In this document: positions 62,551-64,000 of the stretch, piece after piece
Position numbering within the stretch: position 1 is the first letter of the stretch
How the letters are laid out: the number at the start of each line of letters is the position of its first letter
Origin: Camelus dromedarius
Taxonomy: Eukaryota
Length of the DNA stretch: 64,000 nt
Assembly (NCBI RefSeq): GCF_036321535.1
Contig: NC_087436.1
Coordinates: 105,898,001-105,962,000, forward strand
Direction: 5' to 3'
Position numbers and translations under genes: made by a program
Notes under the pieces: model-generated
Told to the model about the DNA's origin: nothing
The model's input: only the letters and a program-made list of their open reading frames with translations
Database searches by the model: none

Positions 62551-62700
62551 GAGGGAGGGTGTAGCTTGGTGGTAGAGTGCATGCCTAGCATGAATGAGGT
62601 CCTGGGTTCAATCTCCAGTTCCTCTGTTAAATAAACAATAAATAAATCTAAATATCCCTTCCCCCTGCAAAAAAAAAAAAAAAAAAGCGCTAAAAATTAA
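62551..62700 (+). mobile_element. tRNA(Ala)-derived camelid-type SINE
   Basis: gagggagggtgtagcttggtggtagagtgcatgcctagc...gggttcaatctcc, then an A tail; TSD aaaaagtgagttag (62536-62549) / aaaaagtgaattag (62701-62714). Confidence 0.9.
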
Positions 62701-63202
62701 AAAAAGTGAATTAGGGAAAACTCCCTTCCTTTTGTCTAAGAGAGATATGTTAGACTTAGCTCTCACTAGGGGAAAAATGTCTTCTTCCCCAAATTTTAAC
62801 AACAGCCCTGCCCTCCTTTGGTGTTGGGGTTGAATTTATACTCCCTGAGCAATCTGGATGAGATCTTAACTTTAGAGGTCCTGGATTGGTGGTGCTCAGA
62901 GTGCCTGGAAGATATGGATGCAAATGCTTGCTGGAGAAATGCACCTTTATCCTAGACCTTACAGCATCTCCATAGTTTCAGATTAGTCTCATGTGATCTC
63001 ACAATCTGGAATCACAAACACATGAAGAATTTAGTTGTTATGTATGTAAGAGTCAAGGGAAACAACAGATAGCAGAATGAGATTCTTAAGTACTTCAAGC
63101 ATTGAAGTTATGGTAATACTTCATAAAATAAGAGAAAAATGTTCAGTGAAATAGTAGAACTGAAAACATGAGCAGAAGAATTGACTAATCCCAAATAACA
63201 TA

Positions 63203-63542
63203 CAATTGTCCCCCCTCATCCATGGGGGATACATTCCAAGACCCCCAGTGAATGCCTGCAGCTGCAGATAGTACTGAACCCTAAATATACTATGTTTTCT
63301 TCTGACACTGATGAGCGGGTGTCATATGCAGTGCAGATATGCTGGACAAAGGGATGATTCACATTCTGAGCAGGACGGGGCTGGATGGTGCAAGAGTCCA
63401 TCTTGTTACTCAGAAAGGCGTGTAGTTTTAAAACTTATGAATTGTTGATCTCTGAAATTTTCATTTAATTTTTTTGAACCACGTTTGACAGCTGGAAACT
63501 AACACCACAGAGAGTGAAACTGCAGATAAGGACAGACTACTG
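63203..63542. mobile_element. MER44-like (Tigger/TcMar) MITE
   Basis: gtcccccctcatccatgggggatacattccaagacccccagtg...ctggacaaagggatgattcac...gcagataaggacagactactg. Confidence 0.85.
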
Positions 63543-64000
63543 CATGTCCCAAATGTTTATTGAAAAGCCTAGAAAGATTCAAAAAGACCCAAGGAGAACA
63601 TCTAGAAATAAAAACAGAATTATTGAAATTAAAAGTAAAGCATGCTTTTTGTAAGAAATTTGGAAAGAACACAAGAGCCCCCATAAATTGACCATCATTC
63701 TATCACAAGGGACAAGCAGTATTAATACTGTTTATGTAATTCATTCAAGTCCTTTTTCCTGTGCATTTTTGCAAAGTAGACATCATATTCCATATGAGTA
63801 TAATTTGATGCTATCATTTTCTTTCTATATAATATGCATTTTCCAATCATGCTGTATAATATATGTGAATAAAGAAATTCCATAAAGTAAATGTCCCCCT
63901 ATAATTGGATTTATTTATTTATTTATTTGCAAAGAACATCTTGGCAGAAGCTGCCAGGCCTTCTTAATGCTTAGGCTAGAAATTGGCACAGTGTCACTTT

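Noticed and set aside
1..64000. CRISPR arrays, operons, prophage or defence systems; host gene name
   Set aside because: The sequence is mammalian and has no regularly spaced repeat-spacer units. No coding exon is recognisable, so any gene symbol would be a guess.

Overview
This is mammalian non-coding genomic DNA, not prokaryotic. It is very probably camelid, because it carries six copies of a tRNA(Ala)-derived SINE of the camelid type and cetartiodactyl-type L1 3' ends. A CpG island/promoter occupies about 1-1720. It is followed by about 62 kb that looks like the large 5' intron(s) of a gene I cannot identify, probably transcribed on +, since most LTR and L1 copies lie on the - strand. That part is a mosaic of MIR, L2, L1, MaLR/ERVL solo LTRs, hAT/Tigger MITEs, lineage-specific SINEs and microsatellites. 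I find no supportable protein-coding region, and the ORF track is consistent with chance or repeat-derived ORFs. The most interesting signals are: (i) two well-formed candidate small exons that both end in ATG-AG|GT; (ii) several TSD-bounded chimeric retro-insertions whose junctions cluster at one spot of the lineage L1 3'UTR; (iii) two strong co-oriented CTCF motifs; and (iv) a palindromic MER53 hairpin. I see no convincing novel biological system. Repeat family names come from recalled consensus sequences and their boundaries are approximate; RepeatMasker/Dfam should confirm them.
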